Source: Bispira polyomma (Eukaryota). From it: DNA of 64,000 bases. The position numbers and the translations under genes were made by a program. The stretch covers positions 68,386,001 through 68,450,000 of the forward strand of contig OZ287748.1 of assembly GCA_965649765.1 (NCBI GenBank), given 5' to 3'. This document shows, piece after piece, positions 1 to 12,546 of the stretch. The notes below the pieces were generated by a model. That model saw only the letters and a list, made by a program, of their open reading frames with translations, was not told the DNA's origin and did not search any database. Position 1 is the stretch's first letter; each line of letters opens with the position of its first letter.

Positions 1-1649
1 AAGCTCTGTATCGACTCTTTTTCCGCCTTAACATTCGTCTACCAGTTACGACTAAACTCTAATCACGAACCATTCCTGCTAATGGACTATTATTTTGCAT
101 ATTGACCGAGCTATGCACCACAGAAGATGCCTGGTCATCGATTGTGCCACTATAGAAGTAAAACATTTACATACTTTCACATACATTTTGACTTTATGCA
201 ATTTTTGCTTTGCAGTTTTTCAGTCCTAAAAAACCAAAATCTCAGTTTCTTGCTGGGAATCAATTGTTTGTAGAATAGGCTACAGGCTGAGTGCTAATGT
301 TTTGATTACAGTGAACTCATTTAAATTAAACATCAATTGGCTATGTGCAATACTTCTGCTTAAGTTAGTTTTTGCACCGTTTTTGGCAGCATGGCTAGTA
401 TGCTTCCTGAGGAAGCTGAGACTGAACAATTGGTTGACAAGTGGAAGAACCCAGTAATAATGTCAAATTATATTACATAACAGTGACATTTATAAATGCG
501 CTATATCAAAATAATAATAATAATTATACTTATTATAATTATGCATGTATTATTATTTATCAGTGTAGAATAACCTATAGCACACCCCACTTATAATCCT
601 TATATACCCCGCAGAAAGGTCATGCGTATTTTAGTGGAAAATCAAGTATGACACAATAATAGAATTAATCTTCTTAGCCAATTCACCCAGTCTATTTGCT
701 AAAGGGAGTTTTGTCAGTTTCAATATACAGATATATGAGGTCTTCACAGATTGTGGGTTAGATTACATGAACAAGGAGTTTTCCTTTTGTGTCACATTAA
801 CTTACTTTCTGTCTAATTTGATCCTATATATTCTCTTAAGAAACTCTTAAGTTCATACTCAGACTCAATTCAAGTGAAGGCTATCTGTAACTTCTGTTTA
901 TGGAAATAACCCACACTTGTGACCATTCATTTTAATGGAGTTTTCAAGGCTGAATTCAAATATGCAGCCAGATTGCATTTATTTTTCCTCCCACCAGAAA
1001 TGGAGAAACTTTTGAATTAAGCTTAAGTTGCAGAGAATAAGGACATTGGGGTCTGTCCATCCACTCACTAAATCCGGAGGCAATATTTGAGAGAACAAGA
1101 AAAATTGTATATTCTACTTTATGGTGTAAAACAATTGCTTTCCATTTGTTTTTGCTTTCTCTAGCTATGTTATAAATGATAACTATTTGTATCTACAAAA
1201 ATAACATTTTGTTTAGAAATGATACACCTTTATTCAAGTAAACACAAATATAAATACCTAGAACTGAAAATTCGATTTTAAACCTTCACAGTTTCATTGT
1301 GGTGTGAAACTAGATTCTGCATTCTCCCACAAATTGCACCTGGTATGTAACTATGGTAAACAGGTTTTGTTAAACTTTTCTAATTACGAGATGTAACTAT
1401 GCTAATTTGTATATACGGTACATATATATATATGTATCTGTGAATCGTACTGACATAAAACCCTTCACAATTAATGATATAACCCACAGTGCAATATCTA
1501 ACTACCTCTAACTATATTATGTGTATACTGTTATAAGTGTTAATTTTACAATTGCCATAAATTTACGATTGCTTTGTTAAAAAAAACATCAATTTCTTTG
1601 GGAAATTATTTTCACCATAATTCTGTTCTATTCTCTCAATCTCACACAG

Positions 1650-1954
1650 ATCCTGTGGCTCGCATCACACTATTGGTGGAAGGAAAGCCAATCAAGCGTA
1701 AGAAGACATCCGTGCACAAATCTGCCATCAACCCGGTGTGGAACGAAGCCTTTGTCTTCAATGTCCCGCCCCACATTCTGGATAGCACCTCTCTGGATAT
1801 TTCCATCTCTGACCGTGACCTGCTGGGGCCGGGAGGAGGGTTGGGGACTTGTCTGATAGGGTCGGGTCGCCCCGGACTCGAGGGCCAGCACTGGGCGGAA
1901 ATGAAGAACAATGTCAGAAAGGCTGTTGCCAAGTGGCAACCACTGCACGTTTGA
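1650..1954 (+). CDS. Terminal coding exon of a synaptotagmin-like protein (C-terminal part of C2B domain); upstream exons not found in window
   Basis: Acceptor ...ctcacacag|ATCCT at 1649/1650; DPVARITLL..KRKKTSVHK..NPVWNEAFVF..SDRDLLG..LG..IG..GQHW.EM....RKAVAKW.PL* fits the synaptotagmin C2B pattern (polybasic KKT, NPxxNExFxF, HWxxM); TGA 1952-1954. Confidence 0.9.
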
Positions 1955-4900
1955 TTGGTTACTGTATATAGAATTCTATTATATATATACCACAGCTGAA
2001 CCTCTATTATATGAACATTTCTTCAGGAAAGTAATACTTTCTGCTTGGGATAGTTTGGATTTGATTTGGTGTTTAACATCACTTTCAACATAGTGTATAG
2101 GTCATATCACAATTGGCAGTCTTTTTTATAGTGCTGAAGGCAAACTAGTCAGTATTCTACACTTGAAACCATCGATCATTGGCAAGGAACTGCCAACTTT
2201 CCCATTTAAAGCCCCGGTCAGGATTTTAAAGGTTAGAGGCGAGTGTGTTAGCAATGTTCTTAGTATAATAAAAGGTTTATGAAATAAAAGAGATACAAGC
2301 ATACAAGCAGAAGAGTGGGGGTCAGTAGGAAAGTGTTTCTTTGGCAGAGTAAAATTTAATATTTGGATAATACAACTTCAAACAATAGAGGTTTCATTTC
2401 ATCTACTACAGCTGTCTCAGCCAATGAGATTGCTTGATACATAACTGCATTGTTATGGTTCCGTCAACGTATTTTTGTATATTCATAACGTTTTATGTTT
2501 AAGAGTTTTGTTTGAGGGAAGCGTATCACAGTTTCATTTGTCACTAATCTATAAACTGTAGTTTAATGCATTATTTTGTCAAATTTCTTATATATTGTTG
2601 TTAGATAAGGACAAATCCTAGACCAGAGCAGAGTAGAGTAGTCTAAAAGGTCTGCTCAGTATATAATCAGACACCATAGTTTGAGGTGTCAAAGGTTATT
2701 TTAATTGAGGTTTTCAATTTGACAATGGTGAATGCTCAGAAAGGTTATATATGTATTATTTGAAGCATAAAGGGTGTACATGATAAAAACAAAACTTTAA
2801 AAAAATAACAGATAAAAATCTGTGATTTGTTGGCCTTGCTGAAAACTATTTTTGGAATTGTTTATTTTCTTACTTTTCTAAATATTTATTTTCTTATTTT
2901 ATGAGGGTAACATTCTGTTTTGTTACATGTCAGGCGACAATATTTCAGCCAATAAAACTTTGAGGATGTTACACGTGTCTGCAGCAAATTTCGAATGAGG
3001 ACTTTATTTGATTTGTTTTAGCATGTCCAGTCTGTTACCTATTGAATCCACAAACATGTGGGGAAACTTATTTTTGCTAGAATCACTTTTTGGTATATTA
3101 ATTGAATTGGAATGTTGTAAAACTAGAATTATTTATTCACTCATCAGATATATTTGGGTGTTATCAGCATACATGTTGTGTTGAACATTGTGATTATTTA
3201 TTGATGTGCTGAGGAGATGTATATAGAGGGTAAAATTAAGGTAGGTCCCTTTGGTACTCCAAAAGGTCAATTTGGTTCTTATCCAATCAAGGACAGTGCC
3301 ATCAAGACCAAATCACTGTCTAAGGGTGTCATATAGTAAAACCATGGTCAATGGTATCAAAAGCTGTTAAGCAATCTAGAAGGGTGAAGGTTACAGTTTC
3401 AGTACATTTTATCTTACATAGGATGGTGTTGTGTAGTTGTTGTGTTACAGTGGAATAGCGTACAGTGAACTTGGTGGCAACTTGTGACAACTGTTACTTT
3501 TAACAGTAGATTTTACCCATCCATGCTAAGTGTAAAATTAACCTGGTGTCAGTAGTGTGTTTGTTTTCAATGTGTATTTTACTTCAAACTGCCAAGTAAC
3601 AAACTTAAGATAAGATAATAGTCAAATTATATGCATTTTAGAAATACTTAATATGAAAAAAACGTAAATTCTATTAAATTTTCTTGAACTGTAATCAATA
3701 ACTGCTGGTTATATAGTTTGGTTCATGGTTTCAAATTCATAGTTGGTTTGACGATTTATGTTTATGTTCATATTTTCATATATTTTTTGTATTTTGAATT
3801 ATGTATGTGTATTGTATTCATTTACATGTAGTTTTCTTATTTTTACCACAATAACAGGATTAAATATGTGTGTACTTTAGTACTGTTATTGCATTGCTTT
3901 GTAGTATATCAAATTTGTATATGCTACCAGAATTGATTGGTACATGTAATAATCACATCCACTGGAAATAAACCTTCAGAACTTTGCCTGATAATGCGTT
4001 CTTTTGTATATCAGCACAACTAAAACCTGAAATGTGAAACTACACTGCAAACCAACCCTCTTGACATTTGTATTTGATGATGTGTTGCAAACTAGATCAT
4101 TTGTTTCACCTTTTTTGTGTTGAATATCTTCAAACTGAAGAAGTCAGTCATTGAATAATATTAGAAAGTATATTTTTAATATCAAGATATTACAGGTTGT
4201 TTTGCGTGATTTTTTTGGATGGATTTTGTTTTTCACATTTTTTAACACCCATTGGACATTAAACCAATGACACTCTCACATGGGGGAACTTTTAACAACC
4301 TATTATAAGTTATACATTGCTGTCTGGTACCAAATTATGGACTATTAATTATGTTTACGATATAAGTGACAAAAAGTCCATAATGGTTTCAATTGTAATG
4401 CTATATTGTGCATTTTGGGGAGAAGTGGTTAGTTTTAGTGTTCAAACAGTATTTAGTTTTCACAATCTTCAGTTGTGGTAATTTACATAAATACTGTATA
4501 TTTTCGGCAGTCCTCATTAGTCGCATTCATGTATTCATAAATTGAAAATATGCACAACGTGACATGGTCCATAAGAGCTGCCATTACTTACCATAACTTT
4601 ACAAAGCATACAGAAGTTGGTAAATGACGAAAAACAGAACATTTGTTCGAATAAAATCGTTATACCCTAGTGGTGAAATGCACTGAGTTGACAGATTGTT
4701 TTAATGATGTTATACTTATTTGTTTTATTCTCTATTTGTATTTATTTATTTATTAATACACAATGTTGAAGTTTTCGTTGTCATTATTTCATTCAGGGAT
4801 GAGTAAGTTAAGTATGATAATTAACAATTCTGGGGCATTTTTTTTCAATGCATTTGTTTGAACGTTATTTCACATTTTTATACAAGTTTTTTTTTTTATT

Positions 4901-5041
4901 GAAGCATTGTTAGTATGTAATCTAGTAAAAATTAGTTCAATAGCTTATAAACTGTTTTAAAACTGAATTGATATTGGTGCTACAGTTATGGAAATGTTTA
5001 CAAGTATTTACTGATTTGTGTTCTATAATACACAAAACTTC

Positions 5042-5456
5042 TGCCTAGGTCACACCTACATTCAGATACCCTGATCTTGGAATGTGACACGTCAAAATGT
5101 CTATCGTGGTCGAAATGTAAAATATTATGATGATGGCGATATTTTAGTGAAGCAAGTTAAGGGATACGCTTCAGTTGTAAACAGATGTCATTTCATAATC
5201 ATCCTCCTACATTGTCGCATTGTCATAAATTGGGAGCTGCATAAACGTTGAATAATTCTTTTACATAAATTCCTAATCATACCAATTCAAACAGTACTTT
5301 GTGTTACATTGGTGCGATGCTGTTAAAATGATAACAAATGCATCCATTCATTTTGGAGAAAACATAGCAGGTTCAGGCTTTCGCCGCAGGTAGTTTGATC
5401 CATTTGTCAGAGTTGAACTGGATTCTCGCGAGAACTGGAAAGGTGTGACCTAGGCA
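5042..5456. mobile_element. MITE with perfect 16-bp TIRs
   Basis: tgcctaggtcacacct (5042) / aggtgtgacctaggca (ends 5456); similar terminus gtgtgaccaaggcatta near 28650. Confidence 0.75.
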
Positions 5457-6210
5457 TTGCCTTCTAATTTAATATTTAGTAGTTTAGATGAAATTTGTCA
5501 GATAACTTTAAACTAACTATTAAAAACAGCTTCCTAACGTTATTTACCGGTATATTAGTTAAGCTTACATTTACAGTACAGGATAATGAATGACTGTGGC
5601 AAGTGGCTTCCCTGTGAATAAAACATTATGATATTTACTGGGTTGTTGAGGTCTAATCTCCAATAAAGAAATGTACACCATCATATCCAAGTAGACGTTT
5701 GACATCAATTAATGTTTTAATTAAGGCCGTATTAAGTTGTCTTCATTTCGGATTGATGTACCACATGTCAGTACTACCTAATTTGGTTGTAAATTGGACA
5801 GAACTGTGACTACAATATGATGCCTAAAGACACTAATGTAACAGCTTATGTTATTGGTACAATGTCATGTCATTAATTGGTATAAGTAATAAACTGACAG
5901 AAAAATTAAATGTGTTGAAATACTAGAGCAACTATTGGGTGGTCTAAATGATAAATGTTTGTGTTGAAAATATTATGTATTGAATTCAATGTCTTGAATG
6001 TACTGATCAGAGTGTTAGATATATCATTGTTGGAAACCTGATCTTATTAAATGGTATATATTATAAACTGGCAGACATTTAAGTAGTTATTTTATTGAAA
6101 TACTGGAGCAGCAGCCATTGAATTAAATATTATGTTATGCTAAAATACACTGTTATTGTTATGTCATGTTTATTTAAACTTAAGTAAATTTTTGGCTGCA
6201 ATATTTTAGT

Positions 6211-6481
6211 ATTTTTTTTTTTTTTTTTTTTAATTGGGATATTTAACGTCTACTCTAGTACCTGTTTATGTGATATTGGGATGGGTAGTTTGAAACGCTG
6301 GAGGAAATATTGCATACAGTTGATCAAGGTTCTGCACTAAAACCAGTGGCCCACAGTAAGGAACTACCACCTTTCCCACATAGGCATCGACGGGAGTCGA
6401 ACCTACGCCAGCCAATCCCATAGGTGAGAAACCATTGATTTTGAAGCGCAATGCTTGCTAACCACTAGGCCACCGCGGCCC
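6211..6481 (-). mobile_element. tRNA-derived SINE, full length, poly(A) tail, 15-bp TSD
   Basis: Minus strand A-box TGGCCTAGTGG, B-box GGTTCGACTCC; T tract 6212-6231; TSD ctgcaatattttagt at 6196-6210 and 6482-6496. Confidence 0.92.
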
Positions 6482-6965
6482 CTGCAATATTTTAGTGGAT
6501 AACGCCATTGTTACAATCGAATGGTATTACAAGTCAGAACTATTGTATTAGACCTCGATAACTATGCCATTGAAAGGAGTGTCCTCTATTTTCAAATAGT
6601 GTACATTAATTATCAGGCAGAGTCTGATATTATTTCAATTCTAAAAAGGGTACGGCCATGTTGTAAAGTGCCATTATGTTGGAAATAATATGTAAGGCCT
6701 TCATGGATTGACTGGAAGCAATTAACCAGGCCAAAATTAAGGGGTGTCATATTAATATTTCTCACGTCATGCCTTTGTCATGCGCCTTTTTAAAAAGACA
6801 ACTCTTGTTTGTGTCATTAAGAACCACAATAGGAATGGTATATAAGATATATATAAGATATATATATACATTTATATATAAGTGTAATTTAAGAAGATTA
6901 TTGACCTAGTTAGTGTTCTCTTTTTAAAAATAGAGTACAGTTACTCAGTTCCTTCAGTATTCCAT

Positions 6966-7215
6966 GGTCTCTGTGGCCTAGTGGTTAGAGTATTGGATTT
7001 TGGATCTGAGGATCCACGTTCGATCCTCGCTGCAGGCCTGCAGATTGCACTCTTGTACACATAAAATTGTCCCTTTCCACCAAGGTATATAAATGAGTAC
7101 CTGGCTGTTCATGGGTGTGTTAGTGTTTGTGCGCCGTATGTGGTAGCATCGCTAGTGTATGCTCCCCTAGGGAGCTGAGAGTGAACAATTAGATGACAAG
7201 TAGAAGAACCCAGGC
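6966..7215 (+). mobile_element. tRNA-derived SINE, second family
   Basis: tggcctagtggttaga A-box, gttcgatcc B-box; 3' part recurs at about 365-455. Confidence 0.75.
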
Positions 7216-8125
7216 TGGGGGAGTAAATGTATGGACTAAATCTTCATAAATACAAATTTACATTTACACCATGTACTCTTTTTTCAAAGTGAACACTAAC
7301 ATGGACCCTAGCCTATACCAAGCTGGCATACAGCAACTGGTTATATATTGTGCTGAAATATTGGGAGTACAATGTTTTTACTTTACCTGACACATCTTTA
7401 CACAGTCATATACACATTTGTAAATAGGTGTAGTCATTCTTTATTGTTTGTGCACCTCAGTGACCTGACCTAGTTGTGATACATTTGTGGTGACCTTTGT
7501 GATGATTTTATTGTTTGTTATTATGTAAACAGAAATACAATATTTTTTTTGGGCTCATGTGTTTAAATTATAAATGCTACTCTGAAACCATATACTCTTT
7601 GTGAAGTACTTCTGTATACAAATACATGTACCTCAAGTAGTATTCAGTAGATGTACTTGTAAAAGGCAAGGTCTGAACTGTCTCTTTTTCCCCCTTTTGA
7701 ATCTTTGAAGTTTGGTGTGCACACTCGATTCCCGTGACCTATGGATATGAGATTGCAACACATTTTATCAGGCGCAGATTTTGTTTTCATTCTGAAAAAG
7801 GATGTTGCCATCTTAAAAAAAAATAGAATGTAAGGTTGTCATGGATTGGTTGGAAGCAATCGACCTGGTCAAACTGAGTGGTGTCTGATTTATTGTTATC
7901 AGGCACAGCTATATATATAGTGGCCATATCAAATGTTAGTGTAATTTACACTGTAAGCCTGTTTCTTTCTTAAAAGACAATTCTTATTTTCTTGTGCCGG
8001 ACCTAATGCCAGACTTAATGGTCAAAGCAAAATATATCTATACTGCCTGTAAAGTGCCACAGTGCTGTACATGTTACACATTTGGAGTAATACAGGAAAT
8101 CAGTGACACAACAGTCTCTCTATTT

Positions 8126-8419
8126 ACAGGAGTGGACAGCTTAGCGGACGGTGGACAGCTTAGTGGACAGTGGGCAGCTTGCGGATGGTGGACAGCTTAG
8201 CGGATGGTAGACAGCTTAGCGGATCGTAACTTAAAATGTACACAGTTTAACCATTCAACAAGTAATCTGACCTATTTTGGATGCAAAGTCTTTATTCATA
8301 ATGAAATTAGTGGGTTAAGTACTTTATATTTTACTGATGGCTTTTTAAATGCAACAAATTTTATGGTTTAAGTTACTGTACGCTATCGCTGTCCCGTCAG
8401 CTAAGCTCTCCACCCCCTG
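8126..8419. mobile_element. TA-flanked MITE with subterminal 19-bp repeats (ggacagcttagcggatggt)
   Basis: ta|caggagtggacagcttagc ... gctaagctctccaccccctg|ta; about 5 repeat copies 8131-8225. Confidence 0.65.
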
Positions 8420-8679
8420 TACTTATACAGCATAGAAGGGTATTCTGAAGAGGACACCCCTCTGTCACATGAAACAATTTCTGGATCCCTATGTTTGGCC
8501 TATATCCCTACATTTACAACTAAGTTCATCTAATTTGGTTCAGTACTATTTGTGGAATCCTCAAAAAACAAACAAAACAGTGACAAACAAACAAACAAAC
8601 AGCACACAGATAGGCGTGAAAACAGGCAGAAGTGATTCGGGTAGAATTTACTATTTGTTATAACGTCTGTTTGATCTTT

Positions 8680-10265
8680 GATATCATTTTTGATGACTTT
8701 AACCTTGAAAAGCCTAGCTAATTTAACAATTTTATTTACATTATTGACTAGTAAAATAAGTAATATCTCGAACTATGAAGAGATACAGTTCCGGTTGTAT
8801 AATAATTGTGCATATTTTGCAGGGCTGACAGGTTTAGTGTACACATGTTTAAGGCAGGGGTGACAGGTTTAATGTACAAAAAACAGCAAAGATCTACATA
8901 TATATTATTACTATAGTTTCTTCTGGGTTATGTGCAATACATGGTCGCCTATATGAAATAAAATCTTTCCTTTTTTATCTGTTTTATTGTTTCACATTAC
9001 CCTTTTTCCTTTCCATCAGGTTATTTTCCTTTTTTGTGTGTAAGGGGTGGTTTATACATGTATTTTTAGCACATTTGATCGTTGCTTACGTCATAAGTAC
9101 ACAAAGGAGAGGATAAAAATTCCCAAGTTGCATTGTTCAGCTAGATCTAATTGCCAACTGCAGCTCAGGTATATTCATTTGACAGCTATATTTCTGGGTC
9201 AATTTCCTTGTAAAGCCTTTCTAAGGCATTTACGATTACTGTAAAACTTCAAAATTTGGCTTGCTTATAATATTCTCATCATCGTCTTTATGTTATCACT
9301 GAAGTTTGGTTGTGAATCTGTTCCAAATGCTTTCGCTTATAACTGCAATTCTTGTATTTTGTAAATAAAAATTAGCAATGGTTCAAATTTACCTTTAAAA
9401 TTTCTAAATATACATTTAACAACAGAATCAACTTTGTAAGAAGTAAAAATAGAGGAGCACTCAGTGGAGCGCACACCTCTGCTAAGTGAAATGAAATATT
9501 TCTGGATCCACCATTCTGCCCAGATGCAGACCAAAATTTAATGGATTTGTCCTTGGTCCATGCCCCCATTTTTTTTTTCATTTTTTTTTACCTTATTATA
9601 ATTTTTAACTTTTAGAAGTTGGTTTGGTTCAGTACTTCTTGCATAATTCTCAGGACAAACACAGACAGGTATAAAAACATAACCTTATCTTTGTACTTAT
9701 ATTACAGCCTCTGTTTTATCTTTGACCTCCTTTTGATGAACTTTAACCTTGAAAAGCTTGCGTTTGCTATTTTCCTGTGCATATTTCGAATGGGTTTAAT
9801 GAACAAATAGTAGGGAAATATCATATAACTACGTCTCTTGTGAGTTTTGCCCAAAACATGGTCGCCTATATGAAATAAAATCAGGAGAAAATGCATTATT
9901 GGTCACAAAATCAAAAACATATACAATACTAGGAATTGAATTTATGTTAGCATAAAAACAAACATAACCTTTGGATAAATTGGGTAAAATCCTAGCTACT
10001 CCCCTGTGGTATCAAACGATCACTTGCATGTATTTTTAGCACATTTTGCTATTGTTGACGTCATAAGTACAGAAAAAAAAGGGGAAAAAATCCCCCGAGT
10101 TGCATTGTTCAGCTAGATCTAATTGCTTGCTACAGCTCAGGTATAATCATTTCACAGTTAGTTCCAGGTCAATTTTCTTGTTAAATCTTTTTAAGTTATT
10201 ACTGTAAAACCTCAAAACTTTCCCTGAGATATAAGTTTCGTATCATATGGTCAGGATCCAAATGC
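8680..10265 (+). repeat. Diverged local direct duplication (about 8680-9330 vs 9715-10265)
   Basis: Shared blocks ctttaaccttgaaaagc, acatggtcgcctatatgaaataaaatc, catgtatttttagcacattt, gttgcattgttcagctagatctaattgc. Confidence 0.75.
9445..9690 (+). mobile_element. Dispersed non-autonomous element, HINE/Helentron-like family A
   Basis: gcactcagtggagcgcacacctc head, ggatcca...aaatttaatgga, aaacataacct tail; same layout at 31565-31800(-), 43537(+), 46950-47178(+), 52670-54113(+). Confidence 0.6.
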
Positions 10266-11079
10266 TAAAAGTAGGAATAGTGTTTGTAACCATTAAGTAG
10301 AATTTAACTGCACTTTTCTGTCAGCAATACAGCTTATATTTTGTAAGAATTATGGCTTCGTATAAATTTATCTGTCAGATGTCTTCTCTGAGCCTCTCAA
10401 CAAAATCAAAATTGTCAGAAGAATATTTATCAAGCAAGAAAGGTATTCTGTAGCCAAAGTGCCAAAGAGTGAACAAAACTCCTGCAGTTCGCAATACATC
10501 ATAATATTTTTGCAGGACTAGCCACAACAAAGTCAATGTTGGATCTCATCAACAGCCATCATTACAGGTGATTAACATATTTATCAGGTTGTCAAGGGTT
10601 CTTTCACAATACAGCAATATAGCTCCATAATAGGCCTTCCTTAACCAATGTTAGATGCTTATCTGATATTTAAAGTGAAATACATTAATTGAAATACGTT
10701 ATCCTAGCATGTTTTCTGTGTGGCTATCATGCACTCAGCAATATTATCCACAAGTGGTCGAGATTAAGAACCCGGGGCCTAAGGCACCAAGTCGCCTAGC
10801 AGAGGTCAGATCCCACCTCCCATTGCCCCTATTTTTACTCTGGAACCCTGATGAAGTGAACTCAGAGGGGGAGGTTAATGAAGGTGGCATCCGCCTTCAC
10901 AAGGCCCTGGGTTCAAATCCTTCATTCGTGATGGTGATATTGCTGAACATTAAGAATGCTCCATTGTTACAGTGAGTCGGGCCAGAGGGGTTCAACAACT
11001 ATACTTACACAAAATTTCTGGTGCTTCTTAAGGTGAATGGATGGGGGGGGGGGGACAAAGGGCACCACATAAAGACATA

Positions 11080-11470
11080 ACTTCTGGCAGGGAAACTATT
11101 CCATTCAGCAGGTGCTGCAATTTCAAATTCTTTGGAACCTGCTATTTTGGAGGGTACGAAATCTGAGTTGGATAAAAGATTTTCCCTGGTGAGATTGCTG
11201 AGAGATAACATAGATAATAGATAGGCTGGTTGTTGCACAGAAACATTCTTGATAATGAGGACATTTACTTTTGAATTTTTATACGGAACTCAATCTGTAG
11301 CAAGTGCAGCTTTTGAAGAAATGGCGTTGTGTGTATGAATACGGACCAGCATGGCATACAATTCTGCAGAGTTCGTTTTGAATTGTCTGCGGCTTGTTTA
11401 TTTCACATTATCTGATGCCATATAGCAGTGAGTTGCAGTAAACGAGTCTGAATGTTACAGTAGCAGACAT
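11080..11470 (-). pseudogene. Decayed LINE (L2/CR1-group) ORF2 C-terminal remnant
   Basis: Minus strand gives RLVYCNSLLYGI*..KPQTIQN, TPFLQKLH.L.I.FRIK, PAYL, AAP.EWNSFP; resembles L2 pattern RLDYCNSLL.GL..LQ..QN / TP.L..LHWLP..RI.FK / AAP..WNSLP, with stops and frameshifts. Confidence 0.8.
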
Positions 11471-12342
11471 CATAGTCTAAAGTGATTCTCTTGGTTTTGG
11501 CAGTGTGGGCAGGCATAGTGTTTGTTACCATTAAGTAGATTTATGTTTTCTCTAGGTTTAATTTCAATGAGAATGGTTTGTTGTTTTTTTGTTTTTTTTT
11601 TAGAATTTAGTTGTTTGTTCTTATACAATCAAATCTATATTTAAAGATCTCTCACAAACAGGACTAACTGGTTTATGCAGTCAGGTGGTCTTTTTATATC
11701 GATTAAAAAGAACGAAAACATGTAACAAAGAATATTGTTCTTTTAATTGTGGTACAGGTTTGCCATTTATGGACATGAGATTGCTCCACACAGATCGTGT
11801 CTTTGTAGAACCTTTACTGTTACTTTGTTCAATTAAAATCTTTTTATAGTCTGTTTTTAAATGGCAACTTTTAAGCTGGAATGTTGGTAATCCATTAAGT
11901 AATGGCAATTCAAACTATATAACTTCATTATATTTTAATAAAAACATGTGTTCAAAATACTTTGGCAGTCATTGCTCAACCAATTTAACACCCAGAAAGT
12001 ATATTTTCGGTCAATGGCCTGCAATTACAAGAAGAATATTTTAACATACTGTACGAGTGGGAATTTTCACTGGGAATTAATGTTAGGTACTTATCTTGGA
12101 TAGTAAAAATTAATTTAGAGAAAAAAATAATTTTCATTAATTTAAAGGTAAAAATGGCCTCTTGTGAAATTGAGTTCCAGTTGATTTTCTAAAAATTGTA
12201 AATTGGTGAAATTTTATTCCACCTGAAATTACTACTTATATAGTACTTCCAGGTGCACTTATAGCACTATTAATTTCTATAATTGTCACAAATGTTGTTT
12301 AATGTAAGGAAAAGCTGCTGAAAGCTCTCTTTCAATTGAAGT

Positions 12343-12546
12343 TGAGTAAGGAAATTAAAATTTGCCACCGTATCTTAAATTCGCCTAAAATTTAAGCCAA
12401 ATCAATAAAAAAACAAACTCTGGAAATTAGGTAAGTAAAGCAAAATAGTCACAAAAATCTCAATTTCAGCAAATATTAACCACAGTTTTACCAAAACTTT
12501 TCTAGGTGGCGAATTTCATATACAGTGGAGAATTTTATTTGCTCTA
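12343..12546. mobile_element. MITE family B (about 200 bp)
   Basis: Reverse-oriented copy of the element at 34691-34893 and 37598-37820. Confidence 0.65.

Noticed and set aside
1642-1948. Antisense and alternate-frame ORFs over real exons (also 23986, 29679, 55255, 56384, 59770, 62304)
   Set aside because: Shadows of GC-richer coding exons; many start at TTG/GTG
6380-6481. tRNA genes (also at 6966 and 46600)
   Set aside because: A/B boxes run into SINE bodies; two copies have TSDs; no convincing cloverleaf
8430-8495. Hammerhead-ribozyme-like CTGAAGA-ggaca..tgtc-acat-GAAAC-aatttc
   Set aside because: Extra bases before GAAA, stem III and cleavage triplet broken, stem I poor; at best a decayed relic (an Infernal hammerhead scan would decide)
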